Assembly (NCBI GenBank): GCA_951406725.2
Contig: OX597832.1
Location: 22,072,001-22,136,000 of the forward strand
Reading direction: 5' to 3'
From: Octopus vulgaris
Taxonomy: Eukaryota
Length of the DNA: 64,000 bases
Below, piece after piece: positions 12,880-25,480 of this stretch (its first letter is position 1; each line of letters opens with the position of its first letter). The notes beneath the pieces were generated by a model. The model did not search any database. It saw only the letters and a list, made by a program, of their open reading frames with translations, and had not been told where the DNA came from. The translations under genes and the position numbers were made by a program.

Positions 12880-13149
12880 TTTATAATAGCAATAATAATA
12901 TTTTTATTGGTCGCAAGGGGCTGATCGTAAAATACCTAAAATATGTTATACAAAAGGATTACAAAAGGCTGTGATAAGTATGTAATGTAAACATAGATTG
13001 AAATGATATATATCAGTTGTGTGTGTGAATGCGCGTGCACCTATGTAATGGTGCTTGGCAAAGTCCTGCACCCCACCCCCGCCCCCGGGCACGCTGGCAC
13101 CTGTCAATGAGGATAACCTGTTCTAGCATCGGAAACAGACATTAAATGA

Positions 13150-13735
13150 TGATGTGTGTGGTACGAAGTTTGCTTTCCGAACCACATCGTTGTAGGTTCA
13201 GTCCCATTGTGTGACACCTTAGGCAGCCCTGGGCCAACCAAATCCTTGTGAATGGATTTGGTAGACGGAAACTGAAAGAAGCCTGTCAAGTATATATGTA
13301 TATGAGTGTCTGTGTGTGTATTTTTTATTATCTAGTTTATTACATATATATATGTATATGGTTTCGGGTTCAGTCCCACTGCATGGCACTTTGGGTAGGT
13401 GTCTTCTGCTATATCCCCGAGCCGACCGAAGCTTTGTGATTGAATTCGGCAGGCGGAAGTTACTGCCGTGTGTGTATATGTGCGTGTAGGTGCTTGTGCC
13501 TCTCCGAAAGAGAGAGAGGGGATATATATATATACACACACAGAGATAGACGGACAGACAGAGATATAGTAGGAGCAAGCGTGGCTTTGTGGTTAGGAAG
13601 TTTGCTTCTTGGTCACATGGTTTTAGGTTCAGTCCACGGTAGGGTACCTTAGACATCTACTGTAGCCTGGGGACCACCAATGACTTGTGAATGAATTTGA
13701 GACAGATGGAAACTGTAAGAAGCTTGTCATATACA
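13150..13735 (+). mobile_element. Cluster of three SINE family A head fragments
   Basis: GGTTCAGTCC heads near 13195, 13367 and 13626, each followed by body sequence. Confidence 0.75.
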
Positions 13736-13794
13736 TTCTCTGCTTGGATAATAGCACTGAGCTAGAAAGCTGTGAACTTTGTTGACAAAATGCA

Positions 13795-14887
13795 AATTAC
13801 TGTTCCCAGTCCTTTTTCACCCTGAATGCCATCCCTCTGTAAATTGACTTCTTTCTCATGTTTTTCCCTGAAGACATCAACATCATGAAATAATATCTGC
13901 ATTGCTTTCCCCAGTTCCTGGAGGACCCACAAAGGACATCATCATCATCATCATTGTTCGACCGTGGTCGAGACAATAGGATTTACTATGCTACGACAGA
14001 CTTCACGGTCTATCATAGCATTACGGAGGTCCTGTTGCTGGATGCCTGTATCCCAGGAGATTACATCAGGGTAGGAGAGTGTGCGCTCTCTGGTATCGCG
14101 AGTAGATGGCTTCCAGAGGAGAAGAGTAGAAATTGCCTCGTTTTCAGCTCTACAACAATGTCCAGCAAACTGGACTCTCCTACCTTTCACAAAGGACATG
14201 GACACACAGTCCCCTCTTCCAATCCAAACCATTAATAAATTTATTTATTTGTTTGTTTTCTCCTCAACTAGTCTTGAGAGAGTCATCAGACTAAAACCCT
14301 CAGGCACCTCCTCCATGGAATTTGGTCAGAAGCAACAGTCATTAAACCTTCCGCCCGGATTTCCAAGAGTGACCAACTTAGACAATGGATATTATCCATA
14401 CAACTCATTCTTGCTCTACTCCACATCCCCTGTTAGTTGGCTGGACTTGGCTTGAAGAATTCTTCTTGGGAATATCTTTCCAGTGCCATCTTAATCACGT
14501 GTTTGTTGTGCCAGAGCTGTGACTCTTGAACATGGAAAAATAGTGGTTCAACCTGGAGAGATCCCTTGATCATTGAGTTATACACTCTGCAACTTCTTTT
14601 CCTTCTAACATAAGTTATAATTGCTCAGAAACAGCAATGTCAACATGTAAACCCTCCAAGACTTCAGGAAAGGTTTTTGGAGGGCCAACAAAGGACTTGG
14701 AGACAGCCCCTTCTTCCATGTGTGTTCATGTCCTTCATGGGTCCTCCAGGAACTGGGGAAACCAATGTAGATGATATTTCAGGATGTTGATGTCTTCGGG
14801 GAAAAACATGAGAAAGAAGTCAATTTACAGAGGGATGGCATTCAGGGTGAGAAAGGAGTGGGAACAGTAATTAATAAATAAATAAAA
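13795..14887 (+). mobile_element. Internally deleted element with ~154-bp inverted terminal repeats, probably DIRS-like
   Basis: Left ITR 13795-13939 plus 14200-14208; right ITR 14719-14872 with an A-rich extension. 14270-14460 translates with frameshifts to LERVIRLKP..PPPWNLV...FLLYSTSPVSWL, resembling DIRS tyrosine recombinase motifs. No TSD seen. Confidence 0.5.
13940..14187 (-). mobile_element. 5'-truncated RTE-type LINE (family 2) with 12-bp TSD
   Basis: Encodes VKGRRVQFAGHCCRAENE...DREVCRSIV..EQ* then a (TGA)n tail; TSD CACAAAGGACAT at 13928-13939 and 14188-14199. Confidence 0.88.
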
Positions 14888-15780
14888 TGGTAAATGATAT
14901 TTTAATGCTTGTTAGATTGAGGTCAAAGACATTCCCTGGCGTGATGAAGATTTTATTTTTCATTTCATTTCAAAGACCAGAAGAACCTTTATTCCAAAGA
15001 CCAGATTAGAAGAGAACAATTGTATAAAAGAACCGTAAAACAATAATACATAATAGAAAAAAAAATATATAAAAAATTAATAAATATATAAACAAAGGAA
15101 TCCATTGGTCTTTGTCAGACAAAATAGAGACAGTAGAAATAAATGGGAAAAACAAAAAACAAAAGCAAGGAAGATTAATAAAAGAAATCTATTGAACGCC
15201 AATCTATTTGAATATTGGCAGATGTGGAGTTTAAAGTTTTGGATACTTATACATCAAGAAATGGAACCAAAACAAATACAAACAAACACTGCTATAGATT
15301 TTGGTGAGCTATTTTCAGTCGAACATTTTAAGATAGATTGAAATTTTTACTGTTCCCATCATTTATATTGGAGCTGTATCTGCTGCAACGACAACAACAA
15401 CAGCAGCAACAATAACTGTATGCTGCGGCTGTGATTACATTGACAAGATGTTTTACAAGAAATCGTATTTGCGAAGTCATCAAAGACAGAAAGAGAGAGA
15501 GATATAGAGAGTAAGGGAGGAGGGTAGAGTAAGGTTGTGGAGGATGGACAGAAATAGATAAGACAGCTCAGAGGAATATGGAGAGAGATAAGGAGGGAGG
15601 GAGTGACAGGAAGAGAGATATGAAGATGAGGTGAAGAAAGTGAAAAAAAAAAAAGAAGAAGGAAGACAAGCAAATTATAGGCAGACAACAGATGACGGAA
15701 TAAATCAATTGATGGATAGACTTAGACAGACAACCATATATATACACACATATATATATATATACACACACACACACAAA

Positions 15781-15824
<44 letters not shown>

Positions 15825-16408
15825 ATGGTTGAGATAGATTGATAGACAGATAAACTGATGAAAAGAAAGCATTTAGTTATTTCTAGATACAAAATTAGTA
15901 ATTTTCTGCGAATTCTTGGTGGATGAACTCATTAAAAAAAGATGGATAACGAGCAGAGAGAAACACTACGAGGAATTAATGTCATCTTGCAAAGTTAATT
16001 CCACTCCAAGACACACAGGAATAGATAAATAAGAGTATAGTTCTTGGACCCTCAGAAATATGAACTTTTGTCTTATGTCGGAATCATAATGGATATTATA
16101 TGTAAATGCATTCATATTATATACATGCACAACATATGTGCTACACGGATATATATGTATATATATATATTATTATTCTTCAAACATCCAAAATGACGAG
16201 ACCCCTCTGTCACAAGAATTGATTACTCTGCAATGTCCCTTGGAAAGCTAATTTAAATAGTGGAAACCGGTTGGATTTCACGACATCCATTTAATATGTA
16301 TATATTTTTAAAAAGATATTAAACTATATGAAACGAAGGCATTTCTCTTCCACTTTTTATATTTTTCTCCCACGTGGTGTATACTGAATCTTCAGTATCT
16401 TTGCTCCT

Positions 16409-16465
<57 letters not shown>

Positions 16466-17091
16466 TGCTGCACACATGCACTAGCTTTCTAGTGGAAATG
16501 GCAAACTAGCGCCCTCTGTCATCTGCTCTTTTCGACCGCAATGGTGATGCAGAGGCGCAGGCATAGCTATGTGGTTAGAAGATTGTTTCCCAACCAGATG
16601 GCTCTGTGTTTAATCCCACGGAGTGGTACCTTTGGGAAGTGTCTACTGCTACAGCCCTAGGTCATGAGTGGATTTTGCAGATGGACACTGAAAAAGTTCG
16701 TTGTGTGTGTGTGTGGGTGTGTTTGTGTCTTGACACTGTGTAATAGCTGTGTCACTTGTCACACAATCAGTGCTATTGATATCCAATATTCTGCATAAAC
16801 ATATCCGGCTGTGGAGAAATATCATCTTGCTTGAAAATAGGTCAGGGTTAGTGATAGGAAGAGCATCCGGTAGCAGAAAATGTGCCCCAATAAACCCTGT
16901 CTGACCCATGATATCATGAAGAAGTGGACGTTAATAAGATAATGATAACGATGAAAGTTTAATTAACAGCAAACAAAACATGGCACTACTAGTAAATAAG
17001 AAGAGGGTTATGAATAACACTGATTGAGTGTCAAGTGGCACTCACAATGTCAAGTGACACTCACAGTATCAAGATGAGGAGACACAAACAT

Positions 17092-17450
17092 AGGCGCAGG
17101 AGTGTAAGTAGCTTGCTTCCCAACCACATGGTTCTGGGTTCAGTCCCACTGTGGGGCACCTTGGATAAGTGTCTTCTACTATAGCCTTGGGCCGACTAAA
17201 GCCTTGTGAGAGGATGTAGTAGATGGAAACTGAAAGAAGCCCGTCGTATATATATGTATATATTTGTGTGTCTGTGTGTTTGTCCCTCCAATGTTGGTGT
17301 GTTTATGTTCCTGTAACTTAGTGGTTTGGCGAAACGAGACCGATAGAATAAGTACTAGGTTTAGAAAGAATAAGTCCTGGGGTCAATTTGTTCGACTAAA
17401 AATGGTGCTCCAGCATGGCCACAGGCAAATGACTGAAAGGAATAAAAGAA
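17092..17450 (+). mobile_element. SINE family A
   Basis: Colinear with 4219-4630, small deletions. Confidence 0.85.
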
Positions 17451-18615
17451 TATTGGAATGTGTACCTCAAAATATAATGATTGAGAAGAAAAGACAGGAT
17501 GATCATGCCTGGATTGCCTTCGATCATAAGTATGCTTGATCAAGGAAACAGATGTGATGGTTACTAGAAGAATTCCTTTGATAACAAAATCAGTTTAGCC
17601 AGGGCTAACTTGAGGCTGACAACAACAAAAACAAAAGCAGATTTAAAAGGCTGGGGTTCCTATCAGGCCAGTCAACTGGCTTCATATAGCAGATAAATTT
17701 CTCCTCAAACAACTCCCTACCATCAGTGCCTGTCTATTAAATCCTCTTATAAAGTTTTGGTTGGCCCAGGGCTACAGTAGATGACATTTGCCCAAGATGC
17801 CATGCGGTGGAACTGAGCCCAAAGGCAACATGGTTGGGAAGTGAATTTCTCAAACACAGTCATCCCTACATGCACACATTCGTGTATTTATACACACAAA
17901 CTAACAAAGATGAGAATTGGTTTGGATTTCTGCCAGAACATGGTACTGCTAATGACATCCATCTTAAAAAAAAAAAAGGGAAAGAAAAGAAAAAGAAAAA
18001 AAAACTGGCATTCTGTAGGTTACTATGATGAGGGTTCCAGCTGATCTGATTGACAGAACAGCCTGCTCGTGAAATTAACATACAAGTGTATGAGCACTTC
18101 ACAGGAATGTATGCCCTTTATATAGTTCTCCATCTTAACCCCTTTTAACCCAGGTTAACCATGTTGAAATTTGGAAGACAGTTATATAAATAGGGATAAC
18201 AAACATATGGAAGCGTCCAGTTAACCTTTATTGCAGTAAATAAACCAAATACGACAGTCTTCAAATGGGGACAGTGGGTTAATATGGGTTAATGAGGCAA
18301 AGACAAGCAAACTTTTTAGCTCAGAACAAACCATTAAAGTTAGGACTTGTCTTAGAGAGGATCTTTGATAGGGTTCCTCTGTAGTCTGTAGCAGTCAGGG
18401 AAACTGAGTGTAGAGAAACAGATTGTGAGAGCCATGAGACTGTTGAGTTGGTCACGGCAAGAATTACTTTGATAATAGATCTGCCTGATCAGGACTGACC
18501 TAGGGCTAAATGACAAGTGCTTGCACATGCAGGCAGCACAATTTACATTGCAGCAAGGGTAAACTCCAACAATCCCTGCTGCTACAAGAACAATGCATGT
18601 CCGATAAGTTCACCG

Positions 18616-18919
18616 TGCTAGTGTAGCTAGAGTGTGTGCTGCTCGGAGAGGTCCTTCCATTTGCCACCCCTGGACCCCACAAAAAAAACATTGTCTACAG
18701 CAGACCCAAAAGTGCCGCCTGGAGTGAACCACCCCACTGCCACCCCCAGACTTCACAAAAAGACATATTGTCTACAGCAGACCCAAAAGTGCTGCCTGGG
18801 GTGGACCTCTCCTGCCACCATTGGACTTCACAAAAAAACATATTGTCTACAGCTAACCCAAAAGTGCCATTCAGGGTGCCCCCCCTGCTGCCCCCCCCCC
18901 CCCCCCAGCTATGCTAGTG
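18616..18919. mobile_element. Degenerate MITE with three internal ~76-bp tandem units
   Basis: Decayed termini TGCTAGTGTAGCT / AGCTATGCTAGTG; ATTGTCTACAGCAGACCCAAAAGTGC-like units near 18690, 18767 and 18842. Confidence 0.55.
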
Positions 18920-19419
18920 GTTCACCCTCATCAATTATTGGTGAGGTTACTGGCCAATTTAGCCATTGATAACCTGACAAATCGACAGGTTGTGCTGGGT
19001 TACATGTTACCAGTAGCGCTCGAGAACAACCCACACTTTGACCAAAACCAGACACATCTGTAACACTTCCATATTACTAAAAGCCATTCTAAGCAAGCTC
19101 AATAAAAATAAAGAAAATCACAAACATCCACCCTGCCACATACACATCCCACCCCAGATAGTAGGTTTCTAGTGTCAATAACCTCATAAATCACAAAGCT
19201 TGTATAGCTGAAATATATATGAATTGAGGGCAGCATCTACAAATGTCAATATGCCAACCAGGGTGAACTTGTGTTATGACCATCACCACTGGACATGTCA
19301 GGAACACAGTCCAGATTGTAAAAAAAAAAAAAAGAAAAACTATGTGGCTTTTTGACTTGCTAGAAAGAGTAACCAAATCTAGTATAGTATAAATCAGAAT
19401 AGTAACCAAATAGTAACTA

Positions 19420-19653
19420 AGGCGACAACCTGGCAGAAACGTTAGCACACCGGATGAAATGCTTAGTGGTATTTCGTCTGTCTTTACATTCTGAGTTCAA
19501 ATTCCACTGAGGTCAACTTTGCCTTTCATCCTTTCGGGGTTGATAAATTATGTACCAGTTATGCACTGGGGTAGATGTAATCGACTTAAACCCTTTGTCT
19601 GCCCTTGTTTGTCCCCTCTATGTTTAGCCCCTTGTGGGCAGTAAAGAAATAAG
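19420..19653 (+). mobile_element. tRNA-derived SINE family B (Meta-domain-like core)
   Basis: AAGGCG..CTGGCAGAA head, GAGTTCAAATTCC B-box, GCCTTTCATCCTTTCGGGGTYGATAAA core, GAAATA tail. Confidence 0.85.
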
Positions 19654-20215
19654 AAATAGTAACCAAATCTTCCTAAGATTCATGTTTCTGTCTTTAAAAA
19701 AACAAACACACTGGATAATGTGGACCCAGTTTACCTGCATATAGGGAAAAGTCAAGATGGTCATGGATGGAATGCTTTAGATAGTGGATCTTATTGATTA
19801 GGACTGCTCTGGTGCTAAACAACAATAACAACTAAAAGTAGCCAAGGTGAAGTGGTTGAAACAGCAGCCAAATTTGCCTCAAAAGAACACTGCCATCTTA
19901 AAAGTGGAGGGCAACATTGAACTGGAATGTGTGGATCAGATCTACTTGGTCAAAACTGACCTAGGGTTTAAAAAAAATTTTTTTTAAACCCCACAAAGCA
20001 GAACAGATATACAAGCCAAGATAAACCACTGCAGAGTTAGTTGTTCTGGTTGAAATAACTGCCAAATTTGCCTCAAAACAATACCCTACTATCTTAAAAA
20101 TAAAGGAACACATTGAAAATCATTAACCTACTTGACCAGGGCTGACCTAGGGCTAAACAACAGCAAAAAAAAACCAAAAAAAAAAAAAAGAACACGAAGC
20201 CAAGGTGAACCTCAA
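19652..20215 (+). repeat. Three diverged ~195-bp tandem units of an old dispersed repeat
   Basis: GAAA(C/T)A..(A/G)CCAAAT, GCTGACCTAGGGCTAAACAAC-like and AGCCAAG(G/A)T(G/A)AA motifs recur three times; related pieces at ~17510-17635 and ~18470-18510. Confidence 0.6.
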
Positions 20216-20735
20216 CACAGTTCATGAAAATTGTAGCCACACACACACACTCTTTCTTTCTTTCTTTCAAAACTTTGGTCTGCTAATTGACAATTTCAAT
20301 AATCAGAAAGAATTCCTGGAGATTTTTGCTTTGTGTTCCATGACAGAAACATAAACATTATTTCATTCCTCTGAGATTTGGGCTGCCAAGTTGGCAGCAA
20401 TCTCAATAAATGCCTCTTGCGTTCATTTAGCTGTTGTTCTTCCACTCTGTTCTATATTCGAGATCCTGCTGAGGGTCAATAAAATAATTACGAAGCTTGT
20501 TAACGACCTGATTCATATGACAGTTCCCCCTACCGCCACCCCAATCCTCCTTTACAAACCTCAAGCTTTGTGCCAAAGCGAGAAACCATTATTCCGTTTT
20601 TTCTTTTTTTTTTTTGCCAAACTGCACCAAGATGGTTCACAGAAAGAAAGAAAAAAGCCTTTTACTTCGCTCCAGAAGTGTTTAACCCTTTAGAATTCAG
20701 GTTACTCTATTAAATGTAAACCTTATCTATTCACA

Positions 20736-21075
20736 TCATTCTTGCTCACAACATCATAAGCGGAAAGTGTAACCTCTCGAAAGAGCTGTTCTTCACTCCT
20801 GCTCCAGAGCGTCGGCTGTGGGGTCACTCCGAAAAGCTCTATCTGCGACGATTTCATCTCAATCGAAGGAGAGGGGCTTTCTCCGTCCGGGTTGCGGATC
20901 CGTGGAATAAGCTGCCAGACGAGATGGTGAAGATGCCGACGACCACTCGGTTCAAAGTCTCCCTTGACCTCAAGTGGCCTGAACTCTTTACAAGAACACC
21001 ACCCTGTACATAACTCCATGTCCCCCTACATGGCCTTGCTTTTTGCTTTTTGAGCCAAAAAATTAACTAACTAAC
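20736..21075 (+). mobile_element. CR1-clade LINE 3' fragment
   Basis: Near-identical to 52802-53145; (TAAC)n tail. Confidence 0.9.
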
Positions 21076-21163
21076 ATTGGTTTGAATTAATCATGGATTA
21101 TCTCATGGCTTTGAGATTCCAATGGTGTTGTTTGTATATTTTTGAGAATGACATTGTAGGTAG

Positions 21164-21500
21164 AGGGGTCCAAAAGGGGTCTCAGGGAGTAGTGCCCCTG
21201 CCTTCCTGAGCTAGTTTTCCATCACATTTCTTAAAAAATCGTGGTAGAGGCCTTGCTCTCGGGAACCACTCATGTCTAGAAACTGAGGTTGGGGATAAGT
21301 AAGCAAGGACATGCTCCCCGTAGAAAATCCAGCTCTAAAAATGCCTCATGATAGCAAAGGAGAATGGGCACCAGCCAGCCCAAAGGTTAGGGTGGGGTGC
21401 ACCTGCCTACTTCAGTTGCTATGGCATTGAGGTAAATCTGGCCACCCGTATTAATGGGGACAAACCCGGATTTAAAACACTGGATGATGATGATGATGAT
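21164..21500 (+). mobile_element. Non-coding retroposon fragment with (TGA)n tail and TSD
   Basis: Flanked by ATTGTAGG(G)TAG at 21153-21163 and 21499-21510; ends in (GAT)n. Confidence 0.65.
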
Positions 21501-21777
21501 TGTAGGGTAGGTGTGAGAGGTTGGATCAGGTCAGTTTTAACTTAAAACAGGCAGAATATTTGGTCTGGATTTGGTTGGATTAAATGCTAAAGGCTTAAAC
21601 AAGTAGAGCATTATTTTAATATCCATTGAGAGACTGCAAACCTATCCACAGGCATTAGGGACTTCAAAAGGGTTCTGGGAAAGATTTGTATTCAAGGTGA
21701 CATTTTTCTTTCTTTTTTTTTCTTTTACTTGTCTCAGTCATGAGACTGCGGCCATGCTGGGGCACTGCCTTGAAGAA

Positions 21778-22417
21778 TATTTATTTCTTTATTGCTAACA
21801 GGGGACTAAACATAGAGGAGACAAACAAGGACAGACAACGGGATTAAGTTGAATACATTGAACCCAGTATGTAACTGGTACTTAATTTATCAACCTCGAA
21901 AGGATGAGAGGCAAAGTCGACTTTGGCGGAATTTGAACTCAGAATGTAACGGCAAACGAAATACCGCTAAGCATTTCACTCAGCGTGCTAACGATTCTGC
22001 CAGCTTGCCGCCTTAATTATGTAACTTATTCTTTTCTACTCTAGGCACAGTGCCCGGAATTTTGGGGGAGGAGTGAGTTGATTAGATTGACTCCAGTACA
22101 CAACTGGTACTTAATTTATCGACCCTGAAAGGACAAAAGGCAAAGTTGACCTCAGCAGGATTTGAACTCTGAACATAGCGGCAGATGAAATACCTATTTC
22201 TTTACAACTCACAAGGGGCTAAACACAGAGAGGACAAACAAGGACAGACAAACGGATTAAGTCGATTATATCGACCCCAGCACGTAACTGGTACTTATTT
22301 AATTAACCCCAAAAGAATGAAAGGCAAAGTCGACCTCGGCGGGATTTGAACTCTGAACATAGCAGATGAAATACCACTAAGTATTTTGCCCAGCATGCTA
22401 ACAATTCTGCCAGCTCG
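21778..22417 (-). mobile_element. Cluster/tandem array of SINE family B
   Basis: Three cores (GATGARAGGCAAAGTYGAC-like) in the same orientation. Confidence 0.88.
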
Positions 22418-22944
22418 ATGTAGTAGGGAAGCAACTTTCATACCACCCAACCATGCCAGTGATGTGGACAATTGCTAAATCTACCAGACGTTACCTCTGC
22501 ACTCTTATACTCAACTTGCTACAAGCACATTGCAATTAATGAGACGGATGATAAACATGATATATGTGTTACTCTCAACATTGTATTATCGATTAAGAGC
22601 TACAGACAGAGAGCATAAATGTAGAGTTGCAATAACTGTTCTATTGTGTTGAGTTGATCTTGCCCCAGCTGTGTGTGTTGGTTTGGTTTGATAGAAATAG
22701 CAGCCAAATCTTCATCGAGTAACAACTTGACTGGTCAGAACTGTGGGAAATATGCTTCTACTTTCTTATACATATAGTATAGGCATAGGAGTGGCTGTGT
22801 GATAAGTAGCTTGCTTACGAACCACATGGTTCCAGGTTCAGTTTCACTGCATGGCACCTTGGGCAAGTGTCTTCTACTATAGCCTTGGGCTGACCAAAGC
22901 CTTGTGAGTGGATTAAGTAGATGGAAACCGAAAGAAGCCCGTCT

Positions 22945-22975
<31 letters not shown>

Positions 22976-23960
22976 GGTGTTAGGAAGGGAATCCAGCTGT
23001 AGAAACTTTGCCAGATCAGATTGGAGCCTGGTGCAGAAAGATATTAAAAAAACATCAATATGTCAAAGTGACAAAGAGATGAAGAATGTATCAGGTGGTC
23101 ATGAGATGTGCTAAAAATAACAGCCAAATAGCCCTTAAATCACATACCAAAAAATGTTTTTGTTTCTCCCGCCACACCATAAATGTATGAATTACCAAAA
23201 ATTTTCTGAAAATTCCAAAAAGTAAAAAAATTATGGGGGGGGGGTGTGCTTAAGCCAGAATTCCATCCATTTTTCTGCCAACTTAATTTCACTCCTGAAG
23301 GCTATTTATGGAAGTTAGCTCAAGGTGCCACAGACTGGGTCCACTGTACTGGACCTATGTGAAGTGTACCTTGCAAATTTCAAACTGTGATACTGATATG
23401 GTAAGGAATACTTTTATACATCATAGCAGCAATAGTAGATCTGTATATAGGAAGATGTTGAACTGACATATAATTACGAGGCAACTGTGTTAATCGCTTT
23501 CTAAAATATAACGATGTCATGTTGAGTCAGGTTACTAATAGTTCCGAGTGATTGAAATGTTTTTCACCAGTCTCTGTGTCATGTTTTTTTTGTTTATTTC
23601 TCTGTATGGTGAAGTAATTAGTTGTCAGGTAACAATTAGCATAACAAGAGTAAATGCAGGAGGTGAGTGCTGGAAAAACACTTTGTTAAGCACAGGTGCG
23701 TAAAGGTGCAAAATTTCTTTAGGCCCATTGTGACTGCTGATTAACACCATTGTTACCGTATTCCTGTTGAAATAGAGTATGGTGGTTTCAATTAATTTTG
23801 AAATAATGAAGAATTTAGAAAAATAACTTCGTCATTGTTAAGTTGGCTTTTGGAACATAATGTTAAATTTTGAAAGGTTTTAATTTAAATTATATTAGAT
23901 CAATACTTCTGTTGAAATACGCAGCATTGAGTTCCAATAGATTTTGAAAATAATGAACAG

Positions 23961-24768
23961 CTAGCTGTATAGCCCGGCGTTGCTCGGGTTTGTTTTGATT
24001 CTTTAAAATTGGAATTTTTGAAAAGTAAAAATTTTGCACGATGTAGCTTACTCTTTTACTCTTTTACTTGTTTCAGTCATTTGACTGTGGCCATGCTGGA
24101 GCACCACCTTTAGTCGAGCAAATCAACCCCAGGACTTATTCTTTGTAAGCCTAGTACTTATTCTATCGGTCTCTTTTGCCAAACCGCTAAGTTACGGGGA
24201 CATAAACACACCAGCATCGGTTGTCAAGCGATGTTGGGGGGTGACAAACACAACACACAAACATACACACATATATATATATAAATATATACGATGGGCT
24301 TCTTTCAGTTTTCGTCTACCATATCCACTCACAAGGCTTTGGTCGGCCCGAGGCTATAGTAGAAGACACTTGCCCAAGGTGCCACACAGTGGGACTGAAC
24401 CCGGAACCATGTGGTTCGTAAGCAAGCTGCTTACCACACAGCCACTCTTACGCCTATAGCTTGTTATTCCCTATCAGTAAACATTTTTCTGGTTGAAATA
24501 CACCGAAAAATGGTGACACGGTAGTTAAAAAATCGTAAAAAATAGGGATTTTCATAGAAAAAAAAGCACCTTTTTGATGTAAATAAATTTTGGTCTTAAC
24601 ATGGTCTGATTTGAATTTTTTCTTCTAAGGAATGAAGAGCAAGCCTTCTTCTATCATATTCTCAATTTTGGTCAACTTGCGCCATAGGGTCTCGGAGGTG
24701 ATAGTGTTAGTTGAAGGCTACCAAACCTGCCACGCACACACAAACAACTTCAGCTTTATATGTAGAGA
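23961..24768 (-). mobile_element. Non-autonomous Helitron, interrupted by SINE A
   Basis: Minus strand begins A|TCTCTACATATAAAG and ends with hairpin CCCGAGCAACGCCGGG followed 8 nt later by CTAG; no TSD. The base after CTAG is C rather than the canonical T. Confidence 0.78.
24050..24456 (-). mobile_element. SINE family A, full length with TSD
   Basis: TAGCTT duplicated at 24044-24049 and 24457-24462. Confidence 0.92.
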
Positions 24769-25093
24769 TTTGTCAATTGTTCAGTGACCATCCTCCAAGA
24801 CCAATTCATAATGTGTTGATTCATTTGGGAGGTCGACACCTGCCCTAAACGAGTTTGGTCTTCAAACAACTAGTGACCATTCCTAAAAGGCGAAAGCCGA
24901 TCGTAAACTTGTGATTTACACATGGCAGAGTCCTTATAGGCTGCTTGAAGCATGACAACTGTTTCAGCTGCCATTTTCCCCGAGTGGAAAACAGCATTTC
25001 ACAGAAATACGCTGTTCCTTCGTTTCAAAAATTGATGAATGGGGGACAAGCACTTGAAAAACAAAGACTCACCACATGGCAGCATGACCTCAC

Positions 25094-25480
25094 TGTGGCC
25101 ATGCTGGAGTACCACCTTTAGTTGAGCTAATCGACCCCAGTACTTTGTAAGCCCAGTACTTATTCTATTGGTCCCTTTTTGCTGAACTGCTAAGTTATAG
25201 GGATGTAAACACAGCAACATCAGTTGTTAAGCAATAGTGGGGGGACAAACACAGACACATGAATACATACACACACTCACTCACTTACACACATACATAT
25301 ATGTATATATATATATTCGACGGGCTTCTTTCAGTTTCTGCCTACCAAATCCCCAAATCCACTCACAAGACTTTGGTCAGTCTGAGGCTATAGTAGACGA
25401 CACTTGCCCAAGGTGCCACATAGTGGGACTGAACCCAGAACCATGTGGTTGAGAAGCAAGCTTCTTACCACACAGCCACC
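25094..25480 (-). mobile_element. SINE family A
   Basis: Reverse complement of family A. Confidence 0.85.

Larger units (their letters stand above)
20686..21594. mobile_element. piggyBac-like MITE family 2, interrupted by two retroelement insertions
   Basis: TTAA|CCCTTTAGAATT ... AATGCTAAAGGC|TTAA; related fragments at ~31890-31962 and ~60890-61060. Confidence 0.7.

Noticed and set aside
13864-13905. CTGAAGA...GAAA...TC motif in the ITR
   Set aside because: No stem I or convincing stem II; the other ITR copy lacks the core.
16185-16277. ATGACGA...GAAACCGGTT hammerhead-like motif
   Set aside because: Position 3 is A, stem II does not close and the stem I register is wrong.
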